Shown: positions 15,401 to 30,433 of the stretch, piece by piece
Layout: each line of letters opens with the position of its first letter
How positions within the stretch are numbered: position 1 is the first letter of the stretch
Assembly: GCF_036321535.1 (NCBI RefSeq)
Contig: NC_087461.1
Span: 21,142,001-21,206,000, forward strand
Source: Camelus dromedarius
Taxonomy: Eukaryota
Length of the DNA stretch: 64,000 nt
Direction of reading: 5' to 3'
Notes under the pieces: generated by a model
Told to the model about the DNA's origin: nothing
Database searches by the model: none
Seen by the model: only the letters and a program-made list of their open reading frames with translations
Position numbers and translations under genes: made by a program

Positions 15401-16474
15401 AGTAACAGGGGAGTGAGATCTGAAAGAGGAAGGCAGCTTCCTGTTGCAGCGTCTTTCTCCTGCAAAGCCCATCCAGGGAACGGAGTGTATTTCGCTCCAC
15501 GGGGTACACAGGCAACTGGGAATCGTGTCTTCAGCTTTAATTTAGGCAGCACTCTAAATTCTAATTCTGTCTATGTGGGCATTTTTGTTAATCTCTAAAT
15601 ATTAGGATTATAAGAGAAAATGCAAGCTTTGGACACGTTCATAAAACTTTTAACGTGATTCAGAATACATGCTAACCAGCGAGGAAGTCAGGGCGTTGGC
15701 ACTAAGGGAAGATCCCCCCTCCTCAGAACGCTGTCATCATGCTGTTGGCTGGCTGTCCCGGGGGGAGAGGAGCGTCCTTCCTGTCAGCCAGGGGGTCAGC
15801 GTTCTAGGCCAAGGACATTTGTGACATTTACTTCTTTGTTCCCTCCATCTTGGTCTCTACAAGTCCATTCAGACTTTTGTCCCCCCCTGAGGTTTGAGTG
15901 CGTGTTGAAGAGGTGAGTGGTAACTGGCGGTGCCGGCACTTGTCACCAGCATTCTCCAGTTTCTTCAGATGGGAATAATGGCTGGCTTTTGGGGACCTGA
16001 CTGGTTCTGAAGTTCAGAGCACGAGTCCCTTTCAGACTCAGATGCCAAGGGTGGAGACTTCTACTTTGGAAGTCTTTCCGGTTTTCCTTCTCCCGTCTAC
16101 CGTGTGGTCAGGTCGGCTCCTCCTCCTTCCCTGTCCTTGCACGGAAAGACGGGGCTGCCGTCCGCAGTGTCCCCGCTGGCTTAGAGCAGGACACTGCCAC
16201 AGCTGTCCACTACGACACACCGTCCGCACTGCAGGCTGTGGCAGTCCAGCTCTGCTCGAAGCAGTTTGAAGCAGAGAGAAGCGTGCGTTTGTTCCAGAAG
16301 CGTAGCACGACCAGACCAGCCAGAGACGATCGCCCACGTGTACCGGGAGGACCCCCTCCTGCACACCACTTACACTGTCGGGGCTTTTGTGTTGGTGTTG
16401 TTTTAAAACGTACGAATAGCACTCTAAGGCACCCCTTCGTTGGGCAGCCTTTGTAAATGTGACACCCATGTTAG

Positions 16475-16660
<186 letters not shown>

Positions 16661-17659
16661 TAAGTGTGTGCTGTGCACTGGGGCCTTGGACCCCGCATCT
16701 GCCGTCTCCGCCTTCGCGCTGCGGAGGGGCGTCTCCCACCATTATCTGGCTTTTGACAGTTTAATCAAACTGCAGGTACTCACGGCCATGAGACTTTTTC
16801 CAAATGCCCTCTGACTGGTGATACAGCACTTCTTAAAATGCCATGGGCCCAGGTTAGGCCTTACGCTTGGGCCACATCCTCACCTTTGGGAAAATTCACT
16901 GGGTTACTGTTTTTTATTAGACTTTTAACTCCCGTTTTCAACATTGTTGAAACTCGGGACAAACAGGCAGACAGAGCTCCTCGGAACCACGTTGTCCACT
17001 CGGATTTTCCTCATCCTGGCTCCAGCCCTTACTCAGTCAAAAAGATAAAAATTGTCCAATTCGTATAAAGCAAGGCAAGAATGAGCAGAAATGATGAGCA
17101 CGCAGTTTAAGACCCGAGTAGGGACCCAGATGAGATGGAACAGCTTCTCAGCTGCTTGTGGGGTGGCCTGGGGACCAACACCCCTTTATGTTTTGAGTCA
17201 CCGAGGCTGCATCTGCGCTCCCGAGATGCTTGCGTGCACAGGCGTGGGTGGGTTTTTCTGATAAATAATGGAGAGTCGCTTTCTGTAGTTTTCTATTTTT
17301 AAATCTAGTTCTTTGAATACTCATTTGGTCCCCTGATAGAGAAGTATTGTATGATTCTTAGCAGGTGTAGTGGGTAATGTTGTAGAAAGAAGGCTGGGTT
17401 TAATTTCTGTTCACACTGGAGTGATAAACACCTCTTGTGCTTAAGGGCACAGTGAGGGTTAATGAGTCACAGGTGAGTCACAGGTGAGGGCCCTGTGTTT
17501 TCCGTGTGTTCGTGGAGATCTTGTGACTTAGTGAGAGATTTGTATTTGGAGAGGCTGCCCTGCCACCACCAGACCTCGCAGACTTTTATCAGAATTTGTG
17601 TCCGGCCTCAGCAAAGCCTGATTGCTGTTCAGTGAGGCCCACTAGCCTTCAGGTGCTGA

Positions 17660-18574
<915 letters not shown>

Positions 18575-18761
18575 CAGGGAGCTTGTCTCAGATGTCAGCC
18601 TGCCCTCCCCAGGCGCCCTCAGTCCTCTCATTGTCACGTGAAGGAACTGATAGAACCCCTTCTTTAAAAAGTATTTAAAACTGTTTTTTATGCTTTTCAG
18701 ACTCATTTTGCTGTATGAAAATTGAAATATAGAAGTTCCAGTATTAAGGCTTTAGGGCCTC

Positions 18762-18889
18762 CTGTCCAGCACAGGGAACGATGTTCAATGGCTTGTAGTA
18801 ACCTGTAATGAAAAAGATTGTATACTATGTATAACTGAGTCACTGGGCTGTGCACTGGAAACTTAACACTACACGGTAAATAAAAAAAA
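18762..18889 (+). mobile_element. Artiodactyl-type L1 3' end fragment
   Basis: gcacagggaacgatgttcaa...gtataactgagtcact...aaacttaacac followed by an A-rich tail. Confidence 0.7.
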
Positions 18890-21800
18890 TCAGAAAAAGT
18901 TCAAAAGTATATAAAGAAATAAATAGTTATGTTTCTGTGTAAAAGGCGGCAGGTCCTGCTGCAGTCCCACTTCTGATCAGTTTCAGGATGTTACCGTCAA
19001 GCCCAGAGCAATAGGAGGCTTCGACTGTGTGGATCCCCCACCTGCCGTGCACAGGCGGCCCTCAAAGAGGACGCAGAGGCTCCCCCGTCACCACGTTCCC
19101 TTGGGGTTGGGAAGGGTGGCTTCGTGGTGAGATGCAGGGAAGCTGGGCCGTGGGCCCCTGGCCTCCTGCTCTCCCCGTTGGGCCTTGCTTCCCCTTCTCC
19201 AGGTCGGGGGCGTGGTGGGCCTCGCTGATACTTTATTACGACGAGCACCTCACATCTGAGGGTCTGTTTAAGGGTCCTCTTCCCATAGCCTGTGCTGCCC
19301 ACCCCCACCCCCCCGGATGCCCAGCAGACCGCTAGCCTTGACCTTCTGACCTCCAGCCCCTGCCCCCCCACCCCCCGCACTGAGATACCCTGTGGCCATT
19401 AGTCGTCCATTTCAGCTGACCATTTTTATGTGTATTTTAAATCATGTCTTTGAAAACAGCATCATTGTGAAGAGTGCTCCTCCTTTACGAGCTCGCCCAG
19501 CCCCTCAGGTAGGTGGGGGTGAACCCAAGAGGGGCTGAGTGAGTCCTCAGGTCAGGGCTGCCAGCCCCAGATTCTCACTGGAGTCCTTTCCATCTCCTGG
19601 CTTTGAGACCAGCCTTCCTGCTGTCTGGGGTGCGGTTCATCACATTGTCGACTGTCAGATTCCTGTTTCTTCTCTGAATCCTACTTTTTCGGAACTTTAT
19701 GTGAACCATAGATTCTTTCTCGTTACTGGCTGTTTAAGCTCCAAACACTTGGCTGACCTGATCAGGAATGGACAGCCTCAGTCCACCCTGGAAACCCCTT
19801 ACAAATGTGGTCAGGTCAGCTTCAACCCCTTTTAGCTCTGTTAACGCCTGAATCAGGAATAGCAGAGCGTCTTTCTTCCCTTTTCTCCGCTCAAATGACA
19901 GGACCTAGGTTTTACGCAAAAGCATATCAAGACAGACAGATGTTGTATAAAAAATAAAATTATGCTCAGGATCTCCAACAAAGAAAGAATATTTTCCATC
20001 GTCATGAAGATATTACTTCATATATATCTCTGCCTTTTTACTCTGATACAGGCATATTCACTATTGAATTACAGTTTTCCACACAATCATTACATTTTAG
20101 CACCTTATGATATAATATGAACTTTTAAAATGAAGTGAAATTTTGCCATTAAAAGAATTACTCTTTTTAATACAGAAATTTGTAGTTTTACTTTAATAGC
20201 ATTTAAAAAGGCATGATTGTGTTTTACAGGAACTAATTTAGAAAGACTGTGCTCAACCAGCGTAAGAAAGTAGAAGTAATGGTTTTCTTTTAAACATTTT
20301 TCTGACCTTGAGTGCTCTAAACAATACCGAGCCTCAGAGGTCTGTCTTGATTTTAATTTATTAACTGTGAGAATGTCTGACAAAAGGCAGAAAACTGCCT
20401 GTGTTTTCTGCCAATACTCACACAGATTTTATATAAAAAAAATAGTGTTTACTGTAAACAAGAGGGAGGACGATGCTGACTGCCTTTGACTTGTACCAAA
20501 TATAGATGTTTTAATAGTAATGACTGTATGAAGTTGAACAAGCTTTCACTGTAGTTACCAGGTAATATTTTTATCAGTTATTATTGTTACACGTAACACT
20601 TTCAGTGAAGGATGTCAGAAACGCAGGGTTTGTCAGTGTGAAACTTTAAATTCAGTGCAAAGTGAATGACATGAGTTGAGTGACAGAGGTTCTTCATAAA
20701 CTGAGATCCATCCTAAAACCAAAAGGAAGCCTTTGTGGTCATGCTTCTTTGGCATAAGTTTGGAACTACGTCAGGTAACCTGTCGGAAGAGAATGCCCCT
20801 ATGTACTTGCTTCCATAATTATGACTTCTTAATATTTATTGTCATCTTGGCATCCCCAAATCCCCTGCTCTTTTGTAGAAATTAACTCTAATGAAGTCAG
20901 AGGAGAAGGTCGATAATATATTTCAGTCAGTGCAGAATGTTCTGTTGGCTTTGCTAAATGAAAATTGATATCTATTTATCTTCCTTTTAAAGGTCACTGC
21001 CTGCACTTTTCGCTTACAGATTTAGGGGCTATTGCTGCTGTTTTAATAGTATTGAGGTTCATAGAACAATCAGTCTTTGTAGTTCATACAAGTTAATATT
21101 GCAAAAGGAAAGCAATTTAGAATTCTTCCTTAATAAACGTTATTGCAAGTCATTAGAGTTTCATGAAAGCACAGAGACATATGGGAAAGTCCCAGCAGAA
21201 TAATTAGGAAAATCTCATATAGACAACATGCCATTCAGGTCTTCACGGAAGACTTCAGACAGTAACAGCCCAGGCGCGTTAAAGTGATTTCAGACTTGAA
21301 GTAAACGAACGTTGTGTTTGAACTTGAAAATATTCACAGTAGGTTTTGTTACCAGTATAATTATTGTGTTTTCTTCACTTGTGCTTCATGTTTCTTCTTT
21401 AACCCACATTTTTATTCATGTTTATCTGCCCATGTGTGTTTACTGACAGAATCATAGCCTTACAGTTTTTTAACTGAGTGCTGCATCAGATTAATGAATT
21501 CTTGTGTAGATTTTTCACCTTTACATGTCTTTTTCTTCTGGTCTTGAGCCAGTGTTTGTCCTGATACCATTTTAACTGGCATGGAACCTAGTGTCTTAGA
21601 AAGTAACTTTTTAAAAAGCTCTGGTAGAAATTAATCATTATTAGAAGCATTCTAAAAATTCTGTGGTTCAGTAGAAATTTGTCATTGTTGCATTTTTTTT
21701 CCTTGGCTCCTTCTGGCTTAGTGCACGTTGGTCTGGTGACATAACCTCTTTTCACTGTATTGAGCCTCATAAGAGCACCTGTCAGGAAAGCTGCTGGTGA

Positions 21801-22566
21801 ACCTGGAACTGAAATCATACCCACCAGCACAGTCTGTAAATGCTCCTTAATTTCAGGACCTTTAAACGTTATGTATGATGACCCTTAGACCGAGATGGGG
21901 GTCTTCACTGGGCAATATGCCTCCAGCTCACCTTTTTTTTTGAGAAATAAACATGGTCAGATTTAGGTGAATTAGAAGAAAACTAGGCAAAGAAAATATG
22001 ATTCATCCTATCAATTAATCGGTAAATTGCTGTGATAATGAGAGTTTGGGGAGACTCTGTATTCTGCATCTGGAAAGGGTCCTCGTATCTCTGTTTCTGT
22101 CCCATCTCCCGGCCCGTGTCCTCGCCCCTGGCCCACCTCCTGCCCTTCAGATGTGGGTCCGTTTCTGCGCTGTAACACTTGTACAGGAGGTACTATGGGT
22201 TTTAACAGAAGGTGTTTTTTTTTTGCGTATAGAAATTGTGTATTTTCATAATCAAAGTTTTAGACCAACTTAAAAACATTCACGTTGTCTTTTACTTTCT
22301 TCTGCTTTTGTCTAGGTTACCATTTCTTCTTAGGCTAATGAATTTTGATATATATGTATACATATATTTATACCATTTAAACCTTCCATAATAATTCAGT
22401 CTATTTCAAAAAGTTTATTATAGCTTTTAAAGTATTAAAAGCAACGTAGGCCAGTGTGAAAGTTACAAAGCGTCAGGTTGAGGTAGAGAGTATTCATAAA
22501 TTCTTGATGTCTGGCGCACCTGTGAAATCCGAGACGGCTCATCTTATTTACCTTTTTTTCCTGTGA

Positions 22567-22827
<261 letters not shown>

Positions 22828-24224
22828 TAACAGAAGGATGCATCTGAAAACAGTGTATTCCTACTTCTCTTTTCTATGTTTCCAAGTTACTTGATGAGAA
22901 ATGGCTTCTCATTTAGTTTACCCATAAATTTTTAGTTACTCGAACATTTGGTTTATGAGATAACATAACGTTCTGTCGTGATGTAAGTCCAGTGTCTATT
23001 AGATTACATTTCTGGATGGCTTTAAATTCATGTCTGGCAATGGAGAAATGTTATCTGCTGGGGAGTCAGAACAGAGACAAATGAAGTTAAAGGAAAACAG
23101 CGTGTCTGGGTGAGGGCACGAGGCGATGTTGAAAGGCCAGCGTGGGGAATGGATTGAGAAATAAAAATCAAATGTCAGGAAAAACAAGAAATAGTTCTCC
23201 AAAATTGCCTTACCATGCCTCCGTAGACTGGGTCTCGGTCCGTTGGTCTTTGAGGCTCTTTGCTGTACAGAAAGTCACGTGATTTCTGTTGGCATGAATG
23301 TTGTACGTATGGAAATATAGAGGAGAAAGGCTGAGAAGGAGTAGACCTTGTTTGTGGTTTTTCTTAGTGTCTTCTTCAGAAAACACAGTCTGCATTCTTA
23401 ACAGCAGGGACGGTGTCCCCCATGGTGAGCAGCGTCAAAGACCAGCGTTCTGACGGTGTCGGCCTCTTTCCTTAACTTGCAGTTTCACGTGTGGCTTTGA
23501 TCTTTCCACCCCGGCTCTCCTACAGGTTTCTTGGAAAGTAATGGAACAAAGGAGTAGCTTCCAGATTTTCTCCATGTCTACATGTTGGGACCTAGATTCC
23601 TTAGTTCTTACTCTTTCGTCTTTGTTTTGTTCGTGTGATACTGTGTTTTAAAGGGAAGCCAACCTGGACTGAATGAAAGGAAAGATTTGAGTGCAAAGTG
23701 TATTTAGGGTATTGTTTCCAGAAAGGGCCTCTTGTCCTTGGGCGGTAAATGGGGAGCATTGGTCCCAGTTTTCAGCAGCAGCCTGCTGCTTCAGGGAGAG
23801 CTGCAGCTGGGATGTGAGCCCAGGCATCTTTGCCTGTAAATCCAGGACAAGTCTGGCCTTTTGTCCCCCTCCTCTCCCCTGCATCGCCCCCCACTTCCTG
23901 CATCACCGCCTCCCTGCATCGCGCCCCCCCCACGTCGCCCCATCCCTCCGAGGGGAATCACTGTATCTTTCCTTTCTCTTTCATCACAGAATCACGTTCC
24001 TTGCAACACGTTGGCAACTTCTGCTCTGCTCTTTGAGGAAGGGAAGGCCGGTGGCCTGTCCCTCTTCACAGCTAGGCTTTATTTTCTATCGCTCTCGGGT
24101 GTGTTTTAATCCTCCCTTTCCAGTGTCACCTGTGGCTGTATCTGTGCCATGTTCTGTGGGCAGAAAGCTTTCCTGAGTCTCTGGCTGTGCGGAAGCCTAC
24201 ATTATAAAAAGTATCAAGTGACTA

Positions 24225-24253
24225 GTTTTTTTTTTTTTTTTTTTTTTTTTTTT
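24225..24253 (+). repeat. (T)29 homopolymer
   Basis: Direct reading. Confidence 0.95.
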
Positions 24254-25188
24254 ATCTAGAAAAGTTTGGCTCTCTTTTGAGCCTGTTACTACGAACCTTT
24301 TCCCTGCAGTCCCTCATAGTAGTACATGAAGGGGCTGTATAAGCGGTTTTTAGGAGGGGAAAGTTTTCAGAACATTTTAACTGCAGGAAAATTTTGCTAT
24401 TACGATGTAAATAATATACTTAATTGCCTTAGACAAATGTTATTTTTGTGTAAAGGGAGTGACAGAGAATTCTTTTTTGAAATGAATTTCCACTCTCATT
24501 TCTCTTACGTACGTCATGTTTGCTGATCCTGTTGTTATACTTTCTACAAAAGTGACGAGATTCCCCCGGAATCGGTTGTTTCAGATCTCTCATGTCCTGA
24601 CAGAATTCTCTTAAAACTCTTAACTCCTTAAAAAATCCTCTTAAAATTGAAAAATATTGAGCTGGAATACTGCTAGCCCTCCAGAAATAGTATTTTGTAG
24701 TGATTCTTCTTCAGTGTTTGCGCTTTAGGAATGAAAAATTACAACTTTTAAAATTGCAATGAGAGCTAAAAGATTTTTACCAAAATATTTTTAGTGTGTT
24801 TTTCCCACTCCCCATCAAAGGGGGCACTTTTTAAATTTTATGTGGGAAAACCTTGCATTCAGAAGGCCATCAGTGTATCTGAGCTCATGGCCAGTAGGTT
24901 TTGCATGAACTTGGGTTTGAGATGCGTCAGTATCACAGGTCACTGGTGAGCGCTGGTGGCTGTTGGGCTCGCAGACGGGCACGAGGACTTGCTGCCGCCC
25001 CTGGGTGTCTACGCACCTGGCCTGCATTTGTTCAGCGGCTCCCACAGCCTAGTGGTGACCAGATCAGGGCCGAATTTACCACAAAGTGAGTTCTGACCTG
25101 TAGCAGACGCGATCCGTGCCCGAAGGTGTCTTGTCTTCGGTCACTGGTACGCGTGGCACTGCAGCTGACAACTTTTTCTGTGTTTTAG

Positions 25189-25452
<264 letters not shown>

Positions 25453-27610
25453 TAAGACAAACATGCTTTTCTCATTTTCTCTCTGTTTTGGAAATAGATG
25501 TCCACAACACTGAGTGCGGGAGGGTTTGAAAACCCGATCGCAGGGGTGTCTTCTGGGACAGCAGGTGTTACTACCGAGTGCTTTCAGTTGGGCTGATTGA
25601 ATACAGAGACGTCGGTTATTTCACAAGTGTCACTTCAAAGGCTGATGTTGAAAGCCTGCCATGTTCATTACATACGACACATTTTCCCGTTTCAAGTTTC
25701 CATAGTACGTGCAGCCAAATAAAGATGCTTGCTTACCGTTGTATGAAAAGGAGGGCCTTAATTAAATAACATCATTGGAAATTAAAAGGCCCGAGATTCA
25801 GTAAGCCCCAGGGCCACTGATTACTAATACAGACATTATTTGGAACGACATAAATGAGATGAAAATGAAAAAGCATTTGTTTGCAGACTGTTTCACCTTC
25901 TATACATCTGTCAATATATCTGTTCGATGGGGGATTTAATAGTATTGGTGCGAGTGAAATATGTGTATAAAATTGACATAGTTCTCTTGCACGCTCTTCT
26001 GCAAAAAGCTGTCAGCTTCATTTATACGTAAAAATAATACAATTGGAGGAATCGCCTTTATCTTTTGTTCTGATGTAAGAAAATGGTTTTCCTTCAAGTA
26101 CAAGTTGTATTTTAATTAGTTCAAAACTGATCTCTACTTGGGTCATTTTTGGACATTTGACGTGTCTTTCAGATAGCTTTTAGTTTTCTCTAAACGACAG
26201 TTGATCCGTATATACTGGAATGGGTAGGTTTTTGGGACACAGTTCCCAAATTTGTCCAACAGCCCAGTTCTCTTAGGCTAATACTTCAAGTGTGGATGTG
26301 TCATGATTAATAAAAATTGCCTTTTATTATAAAACAGAAATTTTAGTCATAGGACTACCCCTCCCTTGGTTACATGCACATTTACAATTTACTGTGATTT
26401 CATGGAAATTTCAGTATAGGGCTGAAAAGTGAACACTAGTGTTTTAAGTAGATTTTGAAGAAATACAAAAACTTCTTTATTTCTTTCTATTTAAAAATGT
26501 TTAATGCATTATTTCTTCATTTAAATTCCGTTTTCCATTTTCCCCCCACTGTTATCCAATTTTGTGCTTAAAATGCCACCTGATCCTAAATCTGGAATTG
26601 TCTCTATTAAATTGTAAATGAGCACTTAAAAAAAAAACACGCAGCCTTCGCTGTGATTTGACGAGGCTCAGCCCCTCCCGCGGTCCGGGGCTGGGTGCTG
26701 GCTGGCGTCGCTGGGCTGCCAGCACCAGGACGCTGCAGCCCTTCCCCAGCAGCTCTGTGCCAGCATCAAGGCTGCTTAGGGTTATTCAGGTTCTTCTGGT
26801 CCAATTTTGATCTTCCAGGCTTCTGTCTTTCCCTTCTGCTGCCTCCTTTTTTTCCCTCTTGGTTCTTTAATTTATTGCTTGTGAGCTTTTCATTAAGGAG
26901 TGAGCCAGTAGGCCGTCACTTTATTATTCACGTTGCAGCTGCTAGTCAAGATTTAAAAGAATAAAATTCTGAAAACTTAAAGGGGGGCATTTAAAATGAT
27001 CTTTAAATCCAGTTAACAGAACTCTTTCCCTCTGTTTCGGGTGTCTGTGTTTAAATTCTGTGTCTAAAACAAAATACTTTTATCAGTAAGTATCTTTTTC
27101 TTGTAAGTCAGTCTTAGAACTATCTATGTAACGAAAGCAACTCGATAATACGTGAAAAAAAACCCCATTTATAACCTGTGTGATATTGTACAGTGTGATG
27201 CTTGTGGTTCAGACTGTGGTTCAGACCGTTATTATCCGGTCTAGCTATCAAATTATAATATGCCTTATAATTTAGATTTAGTTGGGAAAATTAGACAACA
27301 AAATTAGAAACAGTGCCAGGAATAGAAAAGCAGTTTGGTGAGATTTGTTTTCCTCTAGATAATAAATTCAGGATGTACTGTGAATGAGCAAGTAAAAATT
27401 TACGTCTAGAAAAAAATTTTTTAAACACACACACGAGATAATATAACCACATCAGTGAAGGTGTGGAAGACAGGGTAATACAATCGCCTTCGGTATATTT
27501 TGTGGGTTTGTAGAACCAACAATTTTCTCTTTAGAGTAAAGCTTTGTGTCCCTGTGTGTTGAAGATGGCTTTGGTCAGTCTGTATTTATGTCTTTCTTCA
27601 ATTCTTCTAG

Positions 27611-27649
27611 AATGCAGAGCCAAGGCAGATGCAGATCCCAAAAGACACG
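27611..27649 (+). CDS. PARD3: PARD3 39-nt cassette exon (~exon 12)
   Basis: ttcttctag|AATGCA...GACACG|gtaaga; NAEPRQMQIPKDT vs human NAEPSQMQIPKET; symmetric phase 0/0; skipped in some human isoforms (from memory). Confidence 0.93.
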
Positions 27650-27949
27650 GTAAGAGCTTTGTCTTTCGCAGAATGCAGAGATGTTGGCAAGACACGTGGA
27701 ACTAACTTCTTACTAATTAATTGTGACGTTACTCGTCGTCTCTTTTCCTGGCTCTCGGTAGATACTACATAGATTTATTAAATTCCCAAGTGATCTTACC
27801 TTAGGACGACTTACTGCTGCTGCCCCAGAGAATACGTTGTGCTCGTTTCTGAACAGACAGGGGTAAGGAAGAGACATTAACAGCTTTCCCCAATCACCTG
27901 CATAACAAGAGGGACCAAAGGGGATGCTCTTAGTGATTTGACATTAAAC

Positions 27950-28842
27950 AGACAAAGGACATCGTGAATTGTGAAGTGCTACGTTATCAGTAGCCATAAA
28001 AATGAAAGTAAAGAAGAAAACTCAATTCAAGCATAGAAGAACTAGGGAAGGCCTAAAAGCACAATAAAAATGTATCACAGACAGGAAAGACAAAACGCAG
28101 CAGCAATTTGCCTAAACATATTCACTGTCATAGTAACTTACATCTAGCAAGGGGCTAAGTCTTATTAACAGAAGTAAGTTCTCAGAGCTTAGATTAAAAT
28201 GCAGAAAGAGTTGTGTCCTGTTTGGAAGACAGATCCTAAATACAGGCTGAGGATAAAGGAGCAGGCTGAGTTCCAGCAGGCGGCACTGACGTGGTGACGT
28301 GAGGCTTGCATCTCTGAACTCACCTCTTGTGTGGACGCACTGCCTGGGGTGAAAAGGGAGGGAGCTTCACGTAGATACCTGATGCCGCCCAGCAGAAATT
28401 CTAACAGGGTCTTTTTAGGCATTTAAGCCTTCATTAAGCACAGAAACATACAGGTCCCACACTCTTATGAGCAGAATGAAAATTCAACAAACCACATCCA
28501 CAGTGGGTGATGCTAATATGTATTTTTCCAAAATTTGTCATATTAGGTAGACAAAGGATATGAAGAATTTCAGTAACATAATTAACACTATTAATAACAT
28601 AATTTGGTTTTTTGTTATACAGTCACACACAGACAACTTTGAACCTAATAAACAAACAAAGTGTTATTTTCAAATATTGCGTAATTAACAAAAATGGATG
28701 AATAATCAGACCTCAGAGGAAAATCAGTAAACTGCCTTGAGACTATTATACGTTTGTAAGGTTAGGTTGTGGGCAATTCATAGCTTTCAGTTTTTCATGC
28801 ATCAAATCAATAAGTCTGTAATAGTTAATCAAAGTCACTATG

Positions 28843-28896
<54 letters not shown>

Positions 28897-29380
28897 TAGG
28901 GGAAATTAGACAAAGTGATTCTAAAAAGTCAAATGGGGCACAAGAATGACTTATTCTATTTTGAAGGACAGTAATGATGGCAAAATGTACTGTGGAGCCA
29001 AAATACTTAAAATAGCATGATGCTGTCACAGGAATAGACAAATAGGTCATTTCAGCACGTCGGCAGTGGTGGAAGCAGTCCTGGTGTGTGCACGTGTGCG
29101 TGTGCGTGTGTTCAGGACGGCATTTCCCAGTTGTGGTAAAGATCAGTTTGCTCAATGTCTAGAACAGTCGGCCATTCACTTTAGAAGGTCAGATTCCTTT
29201 TTCTCACCAGACACCCAAATAAACCCCAGTTGATTATGAAATTAAACCTTAGAAGTTACCAGAAGGTATTGAGAAAAACCTGTGACAACTTCTTGGTTAA
29301 CTCTGGATGGTGAGCACTTGTCCACAGACGTGACTAAGCCCGAGTGTCATAAGAGGAAAGGTTGTAGAGTTGTTTGCTCA
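27950..29380 (+). mobile_element. Ancient L1M ORF2 fragments (endonuclease region, then C-terminal region), interrupted by a (TG)n repeat
   Basis: Degenerate matches to L1 ORF2 DNA, e.g. acatccacagtgggtgatgctaat, ggaaattagacaaagtgattctaaaa, caggaatagacaaatag. Boundaries approximate. Confidence 0.6.
28844..28895 (+). repeat. (TG)26 perfect microsatellite
   Basis: 52 bp of uninterrupted TG. Confidence 0.98.
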
Positions 29381-30433
29381 CTAACTAACCTTCCGCATAC
29401 ACGGTAACCTCACTGTGGAGCGGCTGCATATCGAAGGTGAACATGGGAGGTATTTTCCAATGGGATCCTTGGGTGAAGAACTCCTTTGTTGTCTGGCATC
29501 TTAACGTCATAGAATGTTCTGGAAAAGTGAAGAACTTCACACATAAATTGTATCCATGCCTGAGACGGCCTGAGATGGAAAACGATGAGTAAGGAGAGGC
29601 GTCGGTCCCGGTGAGGAGACGGAGGGTCAGCAGCTTGGGACTCCACCGGAGGGCTAGGGTCCTCCTCCCGCACTGCTCGCCCCCAAGGGCGCGGGTCCCT
29701 GCCGGCTTGCTGGCACCAGTGGTGAGTCCGTTACCTGAGCGGAAGGGACAGTGTCCACACAAGTGTGTCTGGCTTCCAGTTTCAAGGGGGATTTTTTTTT
29801 CTGATGAGGGTTTTCCAAGCTAAGGAAGGAAGTCAGGAAGTTTTAATATTTTTCTACTTTTTCTTTCCAGTTTCTTGTTCTTCCTTTTGCCTTCTTGCCG
29901 CTGTGCCTGTCTATGCGGCACCATTTCGGGCTGTCAGAGGCTTCATGTTCAAATTATAATTTAAAAGTTGACTTGGCAGGGTCTCTGCCTCCCTCGGTAC
30001 CTTTTGTTGGCAAGTCATTAAATTCATTCAAGTCACGAAATCCTCTGATACCATGTAAAGGTTCTGGTGACTGCAGGCACCTTGGAACGGACGGGCCTGA
30101 GCTCTTGATCATCATAATGATCCCTAATGGGTGAAGTCTGAGGGACTGTTAAAAGGTCACTTAGGTAGATGCGGAGGCCTGTTCCAATGGCTGGTAGACC
30201 TTCTAAGTATCTGATCCATAGGTTTCCTGAAAGTCTTCTCAGTGTCACTTTAGTGAATGAGACTGGGTGACCAGAAACCTGAGTTTTAGGTCATCCACTC
30301 AAAATTGGACCAGAAGCTGAAATATTTAGCAGAGGCCCAAGGTCTCTTCCTCCAAGTCCTTTGCTTTTCACAAGTGAACTCACTTGGTAGCTTATCTGTG
30401 TGGCTGTCCAGGTTGGACAAGACAGTATGTGGG

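Noticed and set aside
24221-24260. (T)29 flanked by ctag on both sides as a possible solo poly(A) retro-insertion
   Set aside because: A 4-bp palindromic match is too short to call a TSD.
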